Origin: Candidatus Moraniibacteriota bacterium
GTDB lineage: Bacteria; Patescibacteriota; Minisyncoccia; Moranbacterales; UBA1568
Assembly (NCBI GenBank): GCA_028688415.1
Contig: JAQTYF010000001.1
Span: 272,627 to 336,626 of the forward strand
Reading direction: 5' to 3'
DNA length: 64,000 bases
Part shown: one piece after another, positions 18,631 to 28,301 of the stretch
Layout of the letters: each line of letters opens with the position of its first letter
Numbering within the stretch: the stretch's first letter is position 1
Made by a program: the position numbers and the translations under genes
Notes under the pieces: generated by a model
Told to the model about the DNA's origin: nothing
Databases searched by the model: none
Seen by the model: the letters and a program-made list of their open reading frames with translations, nothing else

Positions 18631-20079
18631 ATGAAGACAACAAGACTCATCACAACTTTCTTCCTCTTTTTTCTTTTTCTGATTCCATTGCAGACGATTT
18701 TTTTCTTGCGCGAGCCTTTTATTGGTGGAGAAAAATGGCAGTACGGAACGATTGGATTGTATGGTACGGATATTCTTCTTTTATTTTTAATTATTTTATC
18801 CGCCACTGCTTATTGGAAAAGGAATATTGATTTACGATTTATGATTTATAAATGGAGACCATCTTTTCAGTTTCTTATTCTTAAATCAAAAATCAAAAAT
18901 CATATATCAGAAACATTACTTGGAATGTTTCTTCTGTGGGTGGGGCTCTCGATCTTCTGGGCGGGAGATCAGATACTTGCTCTGTACTTTTTCGTGAAGT
19001 TGCTACTAGCAGTGGGACTTTTTGCTTTTGTCCGATCGAGAGAGATAGATGTAAAGAAAATAGTATGGGTGCTCATACTTCTAGGTGTACTACAGAGCGG
19101 AATCGGCATAGCGCAGTTTCTTGGTCAAAAATCGATAGAATCATCAATTCTTGGTATGAGCAGTTACGATGCCTATCAGGCAGGCTCTTCAGTGCTTAAA
19201 ATCGATTCAGGGAGGTTTTTACGTGCTTATGGCACTTTTCCTCATCCTAATATGCTTGGTGGGTTCCTTGGGGTGATTCTTGTGCTTGGTATAGCCTATT
19301 ATGTGCTTTTTATACGCTACGTAAGATCGTGGGGAATGGCACGCGATATTCTCTTTCTTTTGACCAGTATCATCGTGATTTTCCTCGGACTTCTCCTCAC
19401 TTTTTCGCGATCAGCGTGGCTCGGAGTGGGAGTGGGTATTTTCGTACTTGGCATCGTCGTGTTCCTTCAAAAAGAATGGGATGTCCGAATACGATTTTTC
19501 AAAATACTCATAGCGCTGGGACTCGCAGTCACTGTCTTTGGTTCTCTTCTCTCAGAACAAATCTTGCCGAGATTCGATACGGTAACGATAGAACGTGAGG
19601 GTTCGGTGACCGAACGAGTACAATCATTCCGTGATGCAAGCGTGGTCATCGGAGAAGGGAATGTCCTTCTTGGAACAGGAGCAGGAAATTTCACAGCACG
19701 CATGATCTCACTTCAGCCAGAGCGACCCATCTGGAGTATTCAGCCGGTTCACAATGTATTTGTACTGGTATTCACAGAACTCGGACTTGTTGGGTTTGTA
19801 CTGTTTCTTTTCTTTTTATTTTCACTCATAAAAAATTTCATTGCCGGACTTGACTTGAGACTTCAGAGAGCGTCAAAAAGCCTAGATTCCCGACTACTCG
19901 GGGATGACACAAGCGAGAACCTTATTATAAAAAAAGAAAATATACTCTTTGGTATTGCATTACTTGTTCTTATTCCGAGTCTCTTCCTTGATCACTTCTT
20001 GTGGTCATCACATTTCGGACTTCTCTTTTTCTTTCTTCTTCTCGGTTTGTCACAAATGAAAGAGGAGAAAATTCTTTAG
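18631..20079 (+). CDS. O-antigen ligase / Wzy_C family protein
   Basis: RAYGTFPHPNMLGG, TFSRSAW, GTGAGNF, PVHN...ELGLVG. Confidence 0.88.
   Translation: MKTTRLITTFFLFFLFLIPLQTIFFLREPFIGGEKWQYGTIGLYGTDILLLFLIILSATAYWKRNIDLRFMIYKWRPSFQFLILKSKIKNHISETLLGMFLLWVGLSIFWAGDQILALYFFVKLLLAVGLFAFVRSREIDVKKIVWVLILLGVLQSGIGIAQFLGQKSIESSILGMSSYDAYQAGSSVLKIDSGRFLRAYGTFPHPNMLGGFLGVILVLGIAYYVLFIRYVRSWGMARDILFLLTSIIVIFLGLLLTFSRSAWLGVGVGIFVLGIVVFLQKEWDVRIRFFKILIALGLAVTVFGSLLSEQILPRFDTVTIEREGSVTERVQSFRDASVVIGEGNVLLGTGAGNFTARMISLQPERPIWSIQPVHNVFVLVFTELGLVGFVLFLFFLFSLIKNFIAGLDLRLQRASKSLDSRLLGDDTSENLIIKKENILFGIALLVLIPSLFLDHFLWSSHFGLLFFFLLLGLSQMKEEKIL
18829..18908. repeat. Inverted heptamer arms in-frame in the O-antigen ligase gene
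   Basis: GATTT at 18829, 18836, 18843; AAATC at 18883, 18890, 18897 and ATATC at 18904. Confidence 0.75.
19838..19908. repeat. Degenerate REP-like doublet in-frame in the O-antigen ligase gene
   Basis: tcattgccggacttga ... gattcccgactactcggggatgac (ATTCCC-N8-GGGGAT). Confidence 0.6.
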
Positions 20080-20510
20080 AAACCAGATTCGCTATAGAAG
20101 ACGCCTCGTATTGAACATTCGATAGCTTGGCGAAGATAGGGAATAATATTTTTTGGAAGATCATTTAGAGGGAACCAAGAGAGATGATCGCATTTTTCGG
20201 GTTCTTTATTTTCGAGTGTCCCTTTCCATTCGTTTGCGCTGAAATAGACATCAACATATTCTCTTTCAGGTGTTTTTCGATGCATAATATGTGAGACTTT
20301 TAAGCGATCTTCTATGAGGGTTATGCCTGTTTCTTCTTCTACTTCTCGGATCAGTGCTTGAGTGAAAGTCTCATTGGGTTCGACATGTCCCGCGGGAACT
20401 GAATATTTTCCGTCTTCAAATCCAGTTTGAAATCGGCGAGAAAGGAGCACCTGTCCATCTTTTATAAGAAGGATGTACGAAGCAGTGAAAGTATGTGGGG
20501 TTCTTGACAT
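20076..20510 (-). CDS. NUDIX hydrolase
   Basis: GHVEPNETFTQALIREVEEETG Nudix box; NKEPEKC. Confidence 0.92.
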   Translation of the reverse strand: MSRTPHTFTASYILLIKDGQVLLSRRFQTGFEDGKYSVPAGHVEPNETFTQALIREVEEETGITLIEDRLKVSHIMHRKTPEREYVDVYFSANEWKGTLENKEPEKCDHLSWFPLNDLPKNIIPYLRQAIECSIRGVFYSESGF

Positions 20511-20548
20511 AATGTTTCTCTTATTGCACCTTTTATCTTGTGTCTGTT

Positions 20549-22054
20549 CTAATACATAATCACCGATATTGGTTGCAGTTTGACAACGGGTTTCACGATA
20601 TGATTTTCTGTGACACTTGCGATGACATCTTCTGCACGTTTGTAGTGTGATGAATCTTGTTCGATGACTTTGGATGAACGACCGTTATAAAGTTTCACGC
20701 CTTTGGTCGCGAGTTTTTTCTTGAGCTCTTCCTTGGTTTCAGGTACGACAGAATCAGTTTTTTCTGCTGATTTTCCTGCGCCATGATTGCAGGAATAGAA
20801 ACTCGATTCATTGCCATCGGTACCGACACAGAGATAGGCCTCAGTACTCATCGATGTCGGGATGAATGCTGGCTCACCGGTCTCTCGGAAGAGGGGGTGG
20901 GAAGACATCTTGCTCGGGCCATAGGCACGGCTCGTACCGTTTCGATGCACCCAGAGATTCTTCCTGTAATGCTCTTCCTGTGAGACGAGGATATGTGGCA
21001 TGTCGTAGAGAAGGTCCATCTCGATATCCCGTCCGAGTACACGTCGAGCTGTCTTTGCGACGTTGTGTGTGATGACGGCACGATTCGCATGGGCAAAGTT
21101 CGAGCAGGCGTTGCGAGCATCCATATAGAGCTTGCCATCCTCCCCATCTCCATCAAAAGTGATGAGTGGCTCTTGTTTCCCAAAATCAGAAGCGCGAATC
21201 TTATCAGCGATACGATTCACAATTTTCTTATATGGAGTCATCCAAAAGAAACGACCGATATTCATGAGAATAGCCGTCGAAAAATGTTCACGTTTTTTGG
21301 CAGTGTACATGTACATCGTGTATTGACCGAGGATACCGGATCCGCAGTGAATCATAAAAAGGTACTGACCTTTGCGAAGACCGAATTTTTGTGCGGTTTC
21401 TGGATCGAGTGTATCAGTCACTTTCATCAGATCGAGGAAATGATTGCCAGCTGCTCCGAGTACGCCTGATCGAAATTGAGCAAAGAAAAGAAAGAGTTTT
21501 GGGAGGATGTGAAAGATATCTTTTCGTGATTTTTCCTTTGTGAAAAAGTTTCCACGATCGAGAGAATTGAGTGCTTCATTCTTGGTCTCTATGCCAAGAT
21601 ACTCAATAAGCGGAGCGATACCTGACCTGCAAATATCGACGATGACACGGAATGGGAGATACGTACCGACAAGTTTTTTGGTTGGGACGGTTTCTGTGAG
21701 TGCTCGGAACAGTTTCTCGATTTCTTCGGGGGTGATGTTGGTATCATCGAAATTGGTACGGACGAGACGCATACCACAAGCTGGATCACTATCATTCAAC
21801 TGTGGAAGAATATATTTTTCAGAAGTGACGGTCGTACCAGTGGCATTCTTGCGTCCCGGTTTGCTGTGGACATCAGCCATTGCAGCAATGTGATGAAATA
21901 CAGCGTCGTTACTTGCGACGCTCTCGAGCTGTGTCTGAGTCGATACTTCAGGAAGGAGTGCGTCTTGCACATGGAACACGACAGGAACCTTCATCTTGTC
22001 TGTTTTGAATTCGCTTTTGTAAGGAGATATTTTAGTGATATTTTTTTCGAACAT
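20549..22054 (-). CDS. rtcB: Divergent RtcB-family protein
   Basis: MADVH, DPACG, GNHF, HCGS, YDMPH, VHRNG, NHGAG, HYK follow the RtcB motif order; start set at MFEKN. Confidence 0.85.
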   Translation of the reverse strand: MFEKNITKISPYKSEFKTDKMKVPVVFHVQDALLPEVSTQTQLESVASNDAVFHHIAAMADVHSKPGRKNATGTTVTSEKYILPQLNDSDPACGMRLVRTNFDDTNITPEEIEKLFRALTETVPTKKLVGTYLPFRVIVDICRSGIAPLIEYLGIETKNEALNSLDRGNFFTKEKSRKDIFHILPKLFLFFAQFRSGVLGAAGNHFLDLMKVTDTLDPETAQKFGLRKGQYLFMIHCGSGILGQYTMYMYTAKKREHFSTAILMNIGRFFWMTPYKKIVNRIADKIRASDFGKQEPLITFDGDGEDGKLYMDARNACSNFAHANRAVITHNVAKTARRVLGRDIEMDLLYDMPHILVSQEEHYRKNLWVHRNGTSRAYGPSKMSSHPLFRETGEPAFIPTSMSTEAYLCVGTDGNESSFYSCNHGAGKSAEKTDSVVPETKEELKKKLATKGVKLYNGRSSKVIEQDSSHYKRAEDVIASVTENHIVKPVVKLQPISVIMY

Positions 22055-22069
22055 ATTTTCTTTAAAACA

Positions 22070-22192
22070 CAATTATCAAATCACAAAGGCCAAACAAAAC
22101 ACAAGGAGCAATCTATAAATCACAAACAAATGTATATTTTGAGTTTTGTACTCTGTGTTTTGTTTGGCCTTTGTGTTCTGAGTTTTGTGCTT
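22070..22192. repeat. Inverted repeat with heptamer periodicity upstream of rtcB
   Basis: Perfect 22 bp IR cacaaaggccaaacaaaacaca (22082-22103) / 22154-22175; CAA at 22070, 22077, 22084, 22091. Confidence 0.8.
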
Positions 22193-22198
22193 CTTCGT

Positions 22199-23314
22199 CT
22201 ATAACGAAGAGTAGATTTTTTCGTACTGTGTAGCAGTGTTTCGGAGGTCAAAATGCTCCTCGACAAACTTTCTGGCATTTACTCCAAGACGTTTTCTTTC
22301 TGCCTCATTGTCTCTCAAATAAGCCAAAGATTTCATCAATTCTTTTCCTGAATCTTTGGGAATAGTAACACAAATATCGTTGTTTGCAAACTCGAGAAAC
22401 TGAGGAAGATCAGAAAGAATCACTGGTTTCGCACACGCGTATGCCTCGATAATGATGAGTGGCACATCAAATTTCCCTTGGAGATTCCCTACAGGGAAAA
22501 CAATGACATCGCTCGAATTGTAGAGGCTCGGCATATCAGAAATCGTATCAGAGAAAGCGATGTAATCGAGGAGTCCTGCTTTCGCAAATCTTTGATGGAT
22601 AGATTGCTTCTTTTCCGCATCAGATTCATTTTTCACACGACAAGCGAAAACGAATCGAATATCTGTTTCTCTGTTTTTTTCGAAGAAATCAAGAAGTGTC
22701 TCAGTCAGCATATCAGTTGCGCCAAGACGTGTGTACTCACCTGGATACATGACAACAAAATCTTTCATAGAAAGACCGAGCTCTGTCAGTATCGCTTCAT
22801 TTTTCGTCTGTGGTTGGTAGCGGTTGAGATCGATGCCCGGATAGATACGTGTCACATTGTGAAATCCGAGCGCTGTCAATTTTGCTTTGGTACGATCCGT
22901 ATAGACGACGAGCTGATCAGCAAAGAGCAGTTTCTTCAATTGACGAGGCGAATAGATGTCATCACGGAGCGTAGCAATCGTCTGAATGGTTTTCTTGGAT
23001 GGTCTGGCGAACCATCGAATAAGACGTGTGTTTTGCATCGTAGGAGTGAAGAGATAGTGCGTGATATCAAATATCTTTCGAGTTTTACGAAGATAGGAAA
23101 AAAGATTCTTTTTGGCAGAAAAATCAAAGTGACCGCTCGTAAAAATTGGTTCCGTGTGGACACTATCAGGTAAATCAATAAGAGGGGTTTTTGTCGTAAG
23201 AAGGGTGAGGGTATGATTCTTTACTTCTTTACCGAGAAAATACGCAAAATTTTTGGAAGCCTCGTCCCATGGAGGAACGAGAGGACGAGTAGCGAGTAAT
23301 ACTTCTTTGGACAT
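22199..23314 (-). CDS. GT4 glycosyltransferase
   Basis: IYPGIDL, KFDVPLIIIEAYACAKPVILSD; GT-B C-terminal pattern. Confidence 0.85.
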   Translation of the reverse strand: MSKEVLLATRPLVPPWDEASKNFAYFLGKEVKNHTLTLLTTKTPLIDLPDSVHTEPIFTSGHFDFSAKKNLFSYLRKTRKIFDITHYLFTPTMQNTRLIRWFARPSKKTIQTIATLRDDIYSPRQLKKLLFADQLVVYTDRTKAKLTALGFHNVTRIYPGIDLNRYQPQTKNEAILTELGLSMKDFVVMYPGEYTRLGATDMLTETLLDFFEKNRETDIRFVFACRVKNESDAEKKQSIHQRFAKAGLLDYIAFSDTISDMPSLYNSSDVIVFPVGNLQGKFDVPLIIIEAYACAKPVILSDLPQFLEFANNDICVTIPKDSGKELMKSLAYLRDNEAERKRLGVNARKFVEEHFDLRNTATQYEKIYSSL

Positions 23315-23358
23315 AAAATTTATTTTTTATTAAAACACGATAATCAATTCGCCATTCT

Positions 23359-23712
23359 TTACCGATAGATTTCTTTCGTTTCTGTACCATCAGTTACCAT
23401 GATACGTACTCGCTCGGGTTGTTGTTTGATGGAGGGGATACGCACAATGGTTTTTTCTTTGAATTTTGCTGTAAAAGTATCTTTCAAAATAATTTCTTTG
23501 CCAACGCTCACTTCATACGAAAAATCTTTTTTATCACTGTGATTTTCTACAAAAAAATCAATTTTTTCATCCTGATCAAGTGATACAAAGGCCAGTACCC
23601 ACCAATTTTTTTCTTCGTCAGGATCAAGTCCGCGCTGATTCTGTCCAAAAAGAAAGAGTGTGCTCAAAAAGAAGAGGGCAAGCGAAATGGAAAGTATTTT
23701 TTTCTGTGACAT
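23359..23712 (-). CDS. Small exported/membrane-anchored hypothetical protein
   Basis: Start reset to MSQKK; N-terminal hydrophobic helix then a beta-rich domain with an ENH motif. Confidence 0.65.
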   Translation of the reverse strand: MSQKKILSISLALFFLSTLFLFGQNQRGLDPDEEKNWWVLAFVSLDQDEKIDFFVENHSDKKDFSYEVSVGKEIILKDTFTAKFKEKTIVRIPSIKQQPERVRIMVTDGTETKEIYR

Positions 23713-23716
23713 AGAG

Positions 23717-25684
23717 TTATTTACGTTCATAAATATGAATATCATCTGAAGCATATATTCGAGAGAATTCTGTTGACTTCTCAAATTGAGCAGTATCGAA
23801 ACGAGGATTGATAACAACAAAACGTACAGAAAGATCGGAATAACATTTTTTCCCAGCTACTGTGTTTGGTACAGAGATCATCAGTGATGTGCATTGTTCA
23901 CGATTGGGATTGTCTTCATAGCGTTTGAAATAACCGCGTGATAATGGATATGCATAGTCACGGACGAAAAAAAGCTTCATCCAAGAATCAGCGGTGATGT
24001 AGTTGTGATCTTTTACGACGATATCGTCAGCAGTACTATTGGTAGCGAGGAAGCGTGAAGCGTTGAATGTCTGAAGCACGCCCAATGCTTTGTCTTTCGG
24101 GAGAAGTGTTTGATTGTTATCAAAGGAGCCGTCTGCAGTCACGAAAACAAAAAATGTAGCGCTTATCAGAAGTATGAATATACTCGGAAGTCGAAAATGA
24201 GAAGTAGAACCTCGGAGCGTAGCAAAGAAAGCAACGGCAGAAAATGCTGTCAAAAGACCGAGAGGAAACGAAAGATATGTCACGATACGATTAGACGGAA
24301 TATTGATAAAGAGCCATTCCGGATGAAAAGAAAGTATCAGAAGAATGGTAAACCATCCGAGAAGAAGTGCGAAAGCGTAGCGTCTGTATGCACGAAGAAG
24401 AATAAAAAGAAGAACGCCGGAAAAAGCGATTGCGACGCGTGCCTGACCAGTGGCGTTATCGATTTGGAGCAAGGATAATCCTGTTCGAGTGGATTTGGTA
24501 GGTGTCCCGAGTGCCGTGCCGACAGCGTTTGTCTCTATATATGTCGGCATCGCAATGCCAAAAAAGAAGATGATACAGAAAAGAAGTGTCAGTATCGGAG
24601 CTGGTTTTGCAAAGAGTCTCCACCAAGAAAAGAGTACGGCTGTTATCTTTTCATAATGAGCAATGCTATAGACAAAAAGAGCAGCGAAGAGACCGAAGAA
24701 AAGAATAAGTGTGCTCAAATGATGAGTGTACGCAAGTGTAAAAATCAAGAAAAGCGCAAGAGCGAGAAATGAAGATTGTTTTTCTTTTAGTGCTCGAAAG
24801 AGTGCGAGGAAAATAAGCGGAATAAAAAAGTTGCCAATGACGTTTCCTACAACACCACCTGAAACGAATTTGGCTTCAGGTGAAGCAAGTGTATAGAGCG
24901 GACCAAATAAGAAAAGTGTCATGAGAGCAATATTCTGAGGAGTGAAGACTTGGTGAGAAAGAAATGCGTTCTTCATTCCTGCTGAAAAACGTAGTGCGAG
25001 CATCACCAGAGTCAGTAGACTCAGTATGTTGATAAAAAAGAGAAAAAGCACAGGAAACGCTGAGAAAAAATCAAGTCCGACAAACATATTGATTGCTGAG
25101 AAAGGAAGATGTTCACCGATAATAAAATCTGCTATTGGTTGTGGGTCAGTCAGCATGTATGTACCGAGGACATTGGTTTCGATACCTTGTTTCGCATAAA
25201 ACGGGAGAGATTCTGTAAGAGCGATAGACTGAGACCAATACATATGATGACCGAGATCGGTAGCTGTCGGTAATACCGCATCTGTCAAATAAATTGTTTT
25301 AATAAAAATCGTCAGTCCAAAAATAATCACGAAAAGCCATCCTTGTTGTTTGCTGAAAGAAGGAATTTTTTGTATTTTAGCTACGACATCTTGCTCACTC
25401 TTTCTGCTTCTTCGATTTATGAGACGGGATATACTCATCACAACACCAAGACAAACAAAGATACCAAGTAAAAGAGAAAATATATTGAGGTGAATATGCC
25501 AAGTACCAAGTGCAATCAAGAGGAAATCTATCATTCCTATGCTGATTCCAAAAGAAAAAAGAAGCGATTCAAGAGAAGTGTATATCGTTTTACCCCAGAT
25601 GAGACGAAGAAGTATCCATCCTGGAAGAAAGAAGAGTATTCCTAGTGCAATAAAAAAAAGTAATGTATCACCCAAAGAAGTCAT
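23717..25684 (-). CDS. Polytopic membrane protein, probable GT-C-type transferase
   Basis: FFLPGW, TDLGHH loop, YTHHLS, C-terminal soluble domain; many TM segments. Confidence 0.65.
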   Translation of the reverse strand: MTSLGDTLLFFIALGILFFLPGWILLRLIWGKTIYTSLESLLFSFGISIGMIDFLLIALGTWHIHLNIFSLLLGIFVCLGVVMSISRLINRRSRKSEQDVVAKIQKIPSFSKQQGWLFVIIFGLTIFIKTIYLTDAVLPTATDLGHHMYWSQSIALTESLPFYAKQGIETNVLGTYMLTDPQPIADFIIGEHLPFSAINMFVGLDFFSAFPVLFLFFINILSLLTLVMLALRFSAGMKNAFLSHQVFTPQNIALMTLFLFGPLYTLASPEAKFVSGGVVGNVIGNFFIPLIFLALFRALKEKQSSFLALALFLIFTLAYTHHLSTLILFFGLFAALFVYSIAHYEKITAVLFSWWRLFAKPAPILTLLFCIIFFFGIAMPTYIETNAVGTALGTPTKSTRTGLSLLQIDNATGQARVAIAFSGVLLFILLRAYRRYAFALLLGWFTILLILSFHPEWLFINIPSNRIVTYLSFPLGLLTAFSAVAFFATLRGSTSHFRLPSIFILLISATFFVFVTADGSFDNNQTLLPKDKALGVLQTFNASRFLATNSTADDIVVKDHNYITADSWMKLFFVRDYAYPLSRGYFKRYEDNPNREQCTSLMISVPNTVAGKKCYSDLSVRFVVINPRFDTAQFEKSTEFSRIYASDDIHIYERK

Positions 25685-25692
25685 AATAAATC

Positions 25693-26766
25693 TTACTTAC
25701 AAATAAACTGTTCCAATGCTTTCACATAAGAACGTGCGATGATATTCCAATGATAGTGTGTTTTTGTATACTGACGTGCACGCATACCTATATCTTGTCG
25801 TTTCTCTGGATGATCAATAAGATCAATAAGAACGTTCTGAAAAGCTTCAGCGTGACCTGATTCTACCAGTATACCATTTTCATTGTGCGCGATAGCATCT
25901 TTCAGTCCCTCGATATTGGAAGCAACGACAGGACGACCACAGGCCGTAGCTTCGATCACTGCAATGCCAAATCCTTCCATATCTCCATCAATATGAATAT
26001 TGGGTTGGACAAAAATATCCACTGTATTCAAAAGAATATTGCGATCTGTATCAGAAACTCGTCCCAAAAGAAGTACGCGTCCCTCACTTTGTGTCTCTCG
26101 AATGGCACACTCAATATTTTCTCTCTCGATACCGTCACCGGAAACAACATAAAGAATAGAGGCGGGAAGTATCGGTATCACATTTCTTATGAACCATTCG
26201 ACTCCTTTACGTTTCGCCAATCGTCCCGCAGTAAGAAGAACAGTAGTTTCTGAAATATCTTTTCCAAGAAGTGTAGCGAGATCAGCACGAGTATATTCTT
26301 TACTGACAGATTCTACATCGACACCGTTTGGTATGACCACTATTTTTGTATCAGGAATATTTCTTTCGAGAGCAAGCGCATGAGTTTCTTTGCTTACCGC
26401 GATAAGTCCGTCGAGTGAAGGGAGAAAAGAAGAGACCCACCATTTTTGATAGAAAGAATTCTTATAGGTGAGATCGAGTCCATGTACGATAGAAATAACC
26501 GTTTTCCTGGGAAAAAATTTCTTGATAATAAAACCAACAAGTGCCAAAACTCCATCACCAAGAAGAATAATATCGTAGCGATGAGCAATGATGAGGGTTC
26601 GAAGAATAATATACGGAAAGAAGATTGGAAGAAATTTTTTCCCATACCGATTGGCAATTGTTTTCGTGTGAGAAAATTTCTGAAGCCATACAGAAAGCTC
26701 GTAATTCTGGTTTTCGATACCGCCCGTCACTGGTGGATAGGCTCGTGAGATGAATAAAATTCGCAT
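25693..26766 (-). CDS. GT4 glycosyltransferase
   Basis: YPPVTGG, HGLD, GRLAKRKG, EGFGIAVIEA. Confidence 0.92.
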   Translation of the reverse strand: MRILFISRAYPPVTGGIENQNYELSVWLQKFSHTKTIANRYGKKFLPIFFPYIILRTLIIAHRYDIILLGDGVLALVGFIIKKFFPRKTVISIVHGLDLTYKNSFYQKWWVSSFLPSLDGLIAVSKETHALALERNIPDTKIVVIPNGVDVESVSKEYTRADLATLLGKDISETTVLLTAGRLAKRKGVEWFIRNVIPILPASILYVVSGDGIERENIECAIRETQSEGRVLLLGRVSDTDRNILLNTVDIFVQPNIHIDGDMEGFGIAVIEATACGRPVVASNIEGLKDAIAHNENGILVESGHAEAFQNVLIDLIDHPEKRQDIGMRARQYTKTHYHWNIIARSYVKALEQFICK

Positions 26767-26776
26767 AGCGAACTCT

Positions 26777-26862
26777 TAATTTCTAATATCTAATTTCCAA
26801 TTTCTAATGAATACTGAAAAAAATGGAGGTTTATTTAGATATTAGATATTAGAACTTAGAAA
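26777..26862. repeat. Inverted heptamer arms, empty cassette
   Basis: TAAT/CAAT at 26777, 26784, 26791, 26798, 26805; TTAG at 26835, 26842, 26849, 26856. Confidence 0.85.
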
Positions 26863-26863
26863 T

Positions 26864-27814
26864 TTATTTACGATATTTTTCGACACGCATACGATAGAGG
26901 ATTTCTTCGCTCAATATTCTCGATCCTTTGACCATATCAGCGATAAGACCAAAGATGACGAGTTGAAGTCCAATAAGAAAGAAGATAGCAGAAGCAAAAA
27001 GATAGTTTCTGTATGGAGCAATCTTCATATCTGGAAAATACAATCCAAGAAAAAGAACGAAAAGAATACATGCGAAAGTAATGAGTATTACTCCTGGAGT
27101 CGCGAAGAATTTCATTGGTCTTATATCGCGAAATGCCTTGATGATCACTCTCGTGCTGTTGTTGACATATTTCCAAATTGTTTTGACGACGCGTGATTTG
27201 CGATCTTCAAAATATGTCACTTCAACAGGTACCCAAAGCAATTTGAGATTTTTTCCTATAGCATCAATGATAGTTTCTTGAGTATAGGTAAATCCAGTAG
27301 GATCATTGAGTCGTAACAACGCTTCTCTATTGAGGGCACGAAATCCGCAGGTGAGATCTGTGACTGGTTTCCCGAGAGATTTACCAACAAGCCAAGAACC
27401 AAATCGATTCAATTTTTCTTTGATAAAAGGAATATTCTTGGCACTGATTTCTGAAAAACGATCGGCGATCACCATATCTGCCTTGTGAGCAAGGAGGGGA
27501 TCAATCATTTTTTGAATATCATTGGGATCGAATTGTCCATCAGCATCAATATTAACCAAAATATCCGCGCCATTCTCAAGGGCGCTTTCACGTGCAGTAC
27601 GAAACATTACTCCGAGACCATGATTGCCATCGTGAGAAACAATGATATCGGCATCAGCGAGACGAGCTTCTTCGACAGTACGATCAGTAGAACCATCATC
27701 GATTATTTGCACCAATACATCATCGATACCACGAAAAGTACGGGGAATTCTTTTGATAGTATTCCCTAATTTTATTTCTTCATTGAATGCCGGGAGATTA
27801 ACGATAAGTCGCAT
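26864..27814 (-). CDS. GT2 glycosyltransferase (DPM1-like) with C-terminal TM helices
   Basis: PAFNEE, DDGSTD, DADGQF, DLTCGFRA. Confidence 0.9.
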   Translation of the reverse strand: MRLIVNLPAFNEEIKLGNTIKRIPRTFRGIDDVLVQIIDDGSTDRTVEEARLADADIIVSHDGNHGLGVMFRTARESALENGADILVNIDADGQFDPNDIQKMIDPLLAHKADMVIADRFSEISAKNIPFIKEKLNRFGSWLVGKSLGKPVTDLTCGFRALNREALLRLNDPTGFTYTQETIIDAIGKNLKLLWVPVEVTYFEDRKSRVVKTIWKYVNNSTRVIIKAFRDIRPMKFFATPGVILITFACILFVLFLGLYFPDMKIAPYRNYLFASAIFFLIGLQLVIFGLIADMVKGSRILSEEILYRMRVEKYRK

Positions 27815-27830
27815 AGATTCAATTTACAAT

Positions 27831-28046
27831 TTAAAGTTTTTGAATTTCTTTTAAGTCTCGATCAGGAAGATACAGTACGATAAGACCTATTATGACACCT
27901 CCAAAAGCAGTGATCATTGTATTGCCATCCAATAAGTATTTATCGACACCGTCTAAAATATGCCACACACCACGCCATATCAGTACGAGACCGATGACTA
28001 CTCCAAGGTTTTGGACGATATAGGACAATGTAAGTTTGTGTTCCAT
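27831..28046 (-). CDS. Small membrane protein
   Basis: 71 aa, two TM segments, IWRGVW; packed in operon. Confidence 0.7.
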   Translation of the reverse strand: MEHKLTLSYIVQNLGVVIGLVLIWRGVWHILDGVDKYLLDGNTMITAFGGVIIGLIVLYLPDRDLKEIQKL

Positions 28047-28049
28047 AAA

Positions 28050-28298
28050 TTACTTGGTTTTTTCTGATTTATTGATGAGGAGCTTAGGATCAACACACTG
28101 GAAATCACATTTTTCTTTTGCTCCCTGGATACCGCTTTGGATGAGGTCTTTCTGACATTGATTCAATTTTTCTTGGCAAGCAACTTTACGTTCAGAGAAA
28201 TAATTCTTATTCAATTCATATCCGACATAAGGCAATACAAAATACGCTATCGTAGCGACACCAGCCAACCAAATAATGAGTTTGATGAGTGAAAACAT
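28050..28298 (-). CDS. Small membrane-anchored Cys-containing protein
   Basis: 82 aa, N-terminal TM, four Cys; 3 bp gaps to both neighbours. Confidence 0.7.
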   Translation of the reverse strand: MFSLIKLIIWLAGVATIAYFVLPYVGYELNKNYFSERKVACQEKLNQCQKDLIQSGIQGAKEKCDFQCVDPKLLINKSEKTK

Positions 28299-28301
28299 AC
28301 G

